A stretch of 2,100 nucleotides of DNA, filler included, from Massalongia carnosa (taxonomy: Eukaryota), in NCBI GenBank assembly GCA_965645245.1. It is 2 parts of 2 records of this genome, joined end to end, with 100 filler letters (N's around TTAATTAATTAA, not from the genome) between each part and the next. Parts side by side here need not be neighbours in the genome. Positions count along the whole stretch, not along the records: positions 1 to 1,000 come from CBFFUZ010000001.1; positions 1,101 to 2,100 come from CBFFUZ010000002.1. One strand, 5' to 3'. A model generated the notes under the pieces. That model saw only the letters and a list, made by a program, of their open reading frames with translations, did not search any database and was not told the DNA's origin. Position numbers and translations under genes: made by a program. Shown piece after piece: positions 1 through 2,100 of this stretch (the first letter of the stretch is position 1; each line of letters opens with the position of its first letter).

Positions 1-606
1 CGATGGTGGCGTCGATGTCGGTGTCGGTCACTTCGCCGACGAGCAGAGTGAGGCTGGCATATTCAAGCGCGCCCACGCCGTAGCCACCGGCGCTGCTCCC
101 ATAGCCGCCGACGAGGGCGATGCCGGCGCCCTGCGGACGATAGGCGGTGACGAAACACTGGAACGGCAGCGAGAGACTTCCCCAGCCCCCCGCCGCGCCA
201 TAGCGGAGCGGGCCGCCCAGGCGCCGGTATCGGCCGGGCGCATCGGCTCGAAGATCGCGGGCTCGCGACCGGTCAGTTCGACCAGCACGGCATCGAGCGC
301 GCCGCGCGTGCCGTGCTCGCGCAGCAGCGCCCGGCCGATGCGACCCCGCAGCGCATCGTCGGCCTCGCTCGCCCGCCGCGGCAGACGCGCACCGAAGAAG
401 TCGACCGAGATCATGTCGAGAAAGCCGTCGCTGGCGGTGGCCAGCCGGGTCTGCGACTTCGCCGTCTGCAACAGGGTATAGACCCAGGCCGCGGTGGCGG
501 CGAAACCGGACAGCATGCCGTCCAGCACCGGCGTCTCGTCGGCGAACCAGCGCGACGGCAGCACCGATTTCAGCCGGAACAGCATGTCCGGCGTGTCGCC
601 GATCAT
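1..606 (-). CDS. Putative phage baseplate/tail protein downstream of baseplate J (position of P2 gpI/Mu gp48-like wedge subunit); contains an apparent frameshift at ~216-218; 3' end runs off the window
   Basis: Seen: ATG at 606-604 with AGGAG 8 nt upstream. It reads MIGDTPDMLFRLKSVLPSRWFADETPVLDGMLSG...QTRLATASDGFLDMISVDFFGARLPRRASEADDALRGRI...GTRGALDAVLVELTGREPAIFEPMRPADTGAW. In the -1 frame from 217 it continues GGPLRYGAAGGWGSLSLPFQCFVTAYRPQGAGIALVGGYGSSAGGYGVGALEYASLTLLVGEVTDTDIDATI with no stop before base 1. The TA....LD.I..DFFG..L.R...E.DD..R.RI motif is typical of genes following baseplate J. The exact family assignment is inference from motif and gene order. Confidence 0.7.
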
Positions 607-614
607 CGCCCATT

Positions 615-619
615 CTCCT
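615..619 (-). promoter_or_regulatory. Shine-Dalgarno ribosome-binding site (AGGAG) for the gene starting at 606
   Basis: The minus strand reads CAGGAGAATGGGCGATGATC, placing AGGAG 8 nt before the ATG at 606. Confidence 0.75.
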
Positions 620-640
620 GATGCACGCTCATGCGCCCGC

Positions 641-1000
641 TCATGCAATCGTCACCGTGCCGGCCTTGAACACGCCCGAGGCGCCCGGCGTCAGATCGGC
701 GACCCCGCCATCGAGCAGCAAGCCGGTGACGTTGCCGACGGCGGCCGAGGCGCCATAGGCCACCTGCGCCAGGCGCGACCAGGCGAGCGGCGCCGCGATC
801 GGCAGCGCGTCGACATAGGCGATGATCGCGGCCGAGACCGCGGCCGAGACATCGGCATGCACCGCGCCCGGCGCGGTGGTGATGGTCATGGCGACGGACA
901 CCGGCGTCACCACCGGCGGCTGCACCGCGAAGCTGGAGCCGACCGGGCGCACTGCTTCGATTGCCGTTCCGACATCCTGCAGCAGCGCCGGTTGTGGATT
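641..1000 (-). CDS. Baseplate J/gp47-family protein of a contractile phage tail, C-terminal part (5' end truncated by the contig edge)
   Basis: Seen: the 641..952 frame stays open up to base 1000, giving NPQPALLQDVGTAIEAVRPVGSSFAVQPPVVTPVSVAMTITTAPGAVHADVSAAVSAAIIAYVDALPIAAPLAWSRLAQVAYGASAAVGNVTGLLLDGGVADLTPGASGVFKAGTVTIA*, with TGA at 643-641 and high GC3. The GTG at 952 is therefore probably an internal codon. Knowledge (recalled, not searched): AIEAVRPVG..F.V.PP, I.AY..ALP+...L..SRL...AY and V.NVT...L.G...D+ match the C-terminus of P2 gpJ/Mu gp47-like proteins in proteobacterial prophages. Confidence 0.85.
   Translation of the reverse strand, partial: NPQPALLQDVGTAIEAVRPVGSSFAVQPPVVTPVSVAMTITTAPGAVHADVSAAVSAAIIAYVDALPIAAPLAWSRLAQVAYGASAAVGNVTGLLLDGGVADLTPGASGVFKAGTVTIA
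827..850. repeat. Perfect 12-bp tandem duplication (CGCGGCCGAGAC x2) within the baseplate J gene, encoding VSAA-VSAA
   Basis: Seen directly: 827-838 and 839-850 are identical, and the frame is preserved. Confidence 0.8.
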
Positions 1001-1100
1001 NNNNNNNNNNNNNNNNNNNNNNNNNNNNNNNNNNNNNNNNNNNNTTAATTAATTAANNNNNNNNNNNNNNNNNNNNNNNNNNNNNNNNNNNNNNNNNNNN
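1001..1100. other. Artificial contig-joining spacer: N44-TTAATTAATTAA-N44 (six-frame stop linker)
   Basis: Seen: N at 1001-1044, the palindromic TTAATTAATTAA at 1045-1056, and N at 1057-1100, exactly 100 nt and symmetric. The 12-mer puts TAA in all six frames, a known device for building pseudomolecules from contigs. Confidence 0.97.
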
Positions 1101-2100
1101 TGTAGAACTAACAGTTCATCTCGACTCATGCCGTATAACGGGCCATACGTGGGTTCCTTTCCTTCCATCAATGGAATTTTATGATCATAGCTACGTCGCT
1201 CAGGAAGTTTATCAGCTTCTTTCTTGGAAAATACATCCAGAAATCCATGATATTCCTGTGGCAACACTGTAGTAGGGTCAATTTCCGGTTTAGGGTTCAA
1301 GGCACGCTCGATATCTCTCATGTTCACGGTAAAGAGTTCACACTCTTTTTTCTTTGCTAGACGGGTAAAGGGGGCGGCCCCTATCATACATATGCTCAAT
1401 GGTGGACTCTGATTGGTCGGCGGCGGAACGCGCGGGGACGGAACGGGTAAGGTCGAAGACAAGATAGGCGAAGGGGCGGCGGACGCGACCGCATTGGAGT
1501 TGACGCGCTGATTTAACCGGTCGGGCCTGTTAAATCTAACCGCCCCGGGACTAGTGTCATGAGCGATGATTGGCGCAGTCGTGTCGGGACTAGCGCTACT
1601 TTCAACGATGAGGGGCTTTTCCGCGCGAAGTTCAGGAACGTTGGTTATGCCTATCACCGTATTTGACTCGGAGTTGTCAAGACAGTGCTGACGGCAGTAA
1701 GGTGAGTTGAACGTGAGAGAGTTCATGGCCCATCGTATGCTGACGTCGTGGACTTGTAGCCATTTAATGCCGAGAACGATAGGATAATGACCGAGACTGG
1801 TAACGAGAAGGTTGGCGGGTCCGGAGTGGGAGGCGATGTCAAGGTTCAGACGAGCAAGGTGGCTAAGTTTTCCAGACGATACGGGACGACCGTCTGCGAG
1901 TTCAAGAATACGAGGTTTCTTCATGGGGGCGAGGGGTATGCGATGGTAGTGCGCGAACAAAGAATCAACAAAGGCAAATCCAGATGCTCCACAATCAATC
2001 AATGCATAAGTCTTGATTCTGATTGTTCCTATGGAGACAACAAGAGACACAACCAAATGCCTACCATCTAGGTTGTCTTCAGATAGAGGCTCTTTGGACA
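1101..2100 (-). CDS. pol: Ty3/Gypsy LTR retrotransposon Pol polyprotein fragment (retropepsin-like aspartic protease, linker, N-terminal entry of reverse transcriptase); partial at both ends
   Basis: Seen: the frame is open from the window end (SKEPLSEDNLDGRHLVVSLVV...) to the gap, so the TTG at 2056 is probably not the start. Protease features: catalytic motif YALIDCGASGFAFVD (DCG at 1996-1988), flap-like LELADGRPV, and closing motif YPIVLGIKWLQVHDVSIRW (~1780-1757 for IVLGIKWL) followed by LTFNSPYCRQHCL. Then come ICMIGAAPF and LPQEYHGFLDVFSKKEADKLPERRSYDHKIPLMEGKEPTYGPLYGMSRDELLVL, the characteristic pre-RT segment of fungal Ty3/Gypsy elements (Tf1/Tf2, MAGGY, skippy-like). Protease directly followed by RT is Gypsy order, not Copia order. 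Confidence 0.93.
1101..2100 (-). mobile_element. Internal portion of a Ty3/Gypsy (Metaviridae) LTR retrotransposon, likely from a filamentous ascomycete
   Basis: Based on the Pol motifs above. LTRs, gag, the RT catalytic YxDD motif, RNase H and integrase are outside the window. Host assignment is inferred from recalled motif similarity. Confidence 0.88.

Larger units (their letters stand above)
1..1000 (-). mobile_element. Fragment of a prophage or phage-tail-derived element (baseplate module) from a high-GC bacterium, probably a proteobacterium
   Basis: Two co-oriented baseplate-type genes lie 34 bp apart, with a bacterial RBS and high GC3. No integrase, capsid gene or att site is visible, so prophage, remnant and tailocin-like element cannot be distinguished. 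Confidence 0.6.

Noticed and set aside
28..648. The 206-aa ORF as given in the track
   Set aside because: The start at 648 overlaps the upstream gene and ignores the RBS-supported ATG at 606. The sequence after ...DTGAW appears out of frame.
827..850. 12-bp tandem repeat as a CRISPR or contingency locus
   Set aside because: There are only two copies, in frame and with no spacers. It fits an Ala-rich helix in high-GC coding DNA.
313..1052. Plus-strand ORFs 313..621, 494..1048 and 822..1052
   Set aside because: They are antisense shadows of high-GC coding genes with no recognisable motifs. Two of them end only at the artificial linker stops.
1045..1056. TTAATTAATTAA as a biological palindrome, piggyBac TTAA target, PacI site or att core
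   Set aside because: It sits exactly in the middle of two 44-N runs and provides six-frame stops, so it is a synthetic linker.
1049..1100. Stop codon and C-terminus of the 335-aa ORF
   Set aside because: The stop comes from the synthetic spacer. The real Pol continues beyond the contig end at 1101.
1988..1996. DCG instead of the canonical D[ST]G protease active site as a sign of inactivation or novelty
   Set aside because: The catalytic Asp and Gly are retained, and DCG variants are known in fungal Ty3/Gypsy proteases.
1787..2071. Plus-strand 94-aa ORF
   Set aside because: It lies antisense to the well-supported protease domain and has no recognisable motif.
1..2100. A novel phage-associated reverse transcriptase system (DGR-, retron- or defence-like) next to tail genes
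   Set aside because: The RT-related sequence is a eukaryotic Ty3/Gypsy protease-RT polyprotein and is separated from the phage genes by an artificial contig spacer. No template/variable repeat pair or msr-msd-like structure is visible.

Overview
This window is not one contiguous locus. Two unrelated 1000-bp contig ends are joined by a 100-bp artificial spacer (44 N + TTAATTAATTAA + 44 N, 1001-1100). The left part (1-1000) is very GC-rich (roughly 70% by eye) and bacterial. It holds two minus-strand genes of a contractile phage-tail baseplate module: the 3' end of a baseplate J/gp47-like gene (641-1000) and the next baseplate/tail gene (ATG at 606). The second gene has an apparent 1-nt frameshift at about 216-218, so the supplied 28..648 ORF has a wrong C-terminus. 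The right part (1101-2100, roughly 50% GC by eye) is an uninterrupted minus-strand fragment of a fungal-type Ty3/Gypsy LTR retrotransposon pol gene: aspartic protease, Pro/Ser-rich linker, then the entry into reverse transcriptase. I find no support for a novel system. The phage plus retroelement pairing is best explained by contig concatenation of a mixed (metagenomic or contaminated) assembly.
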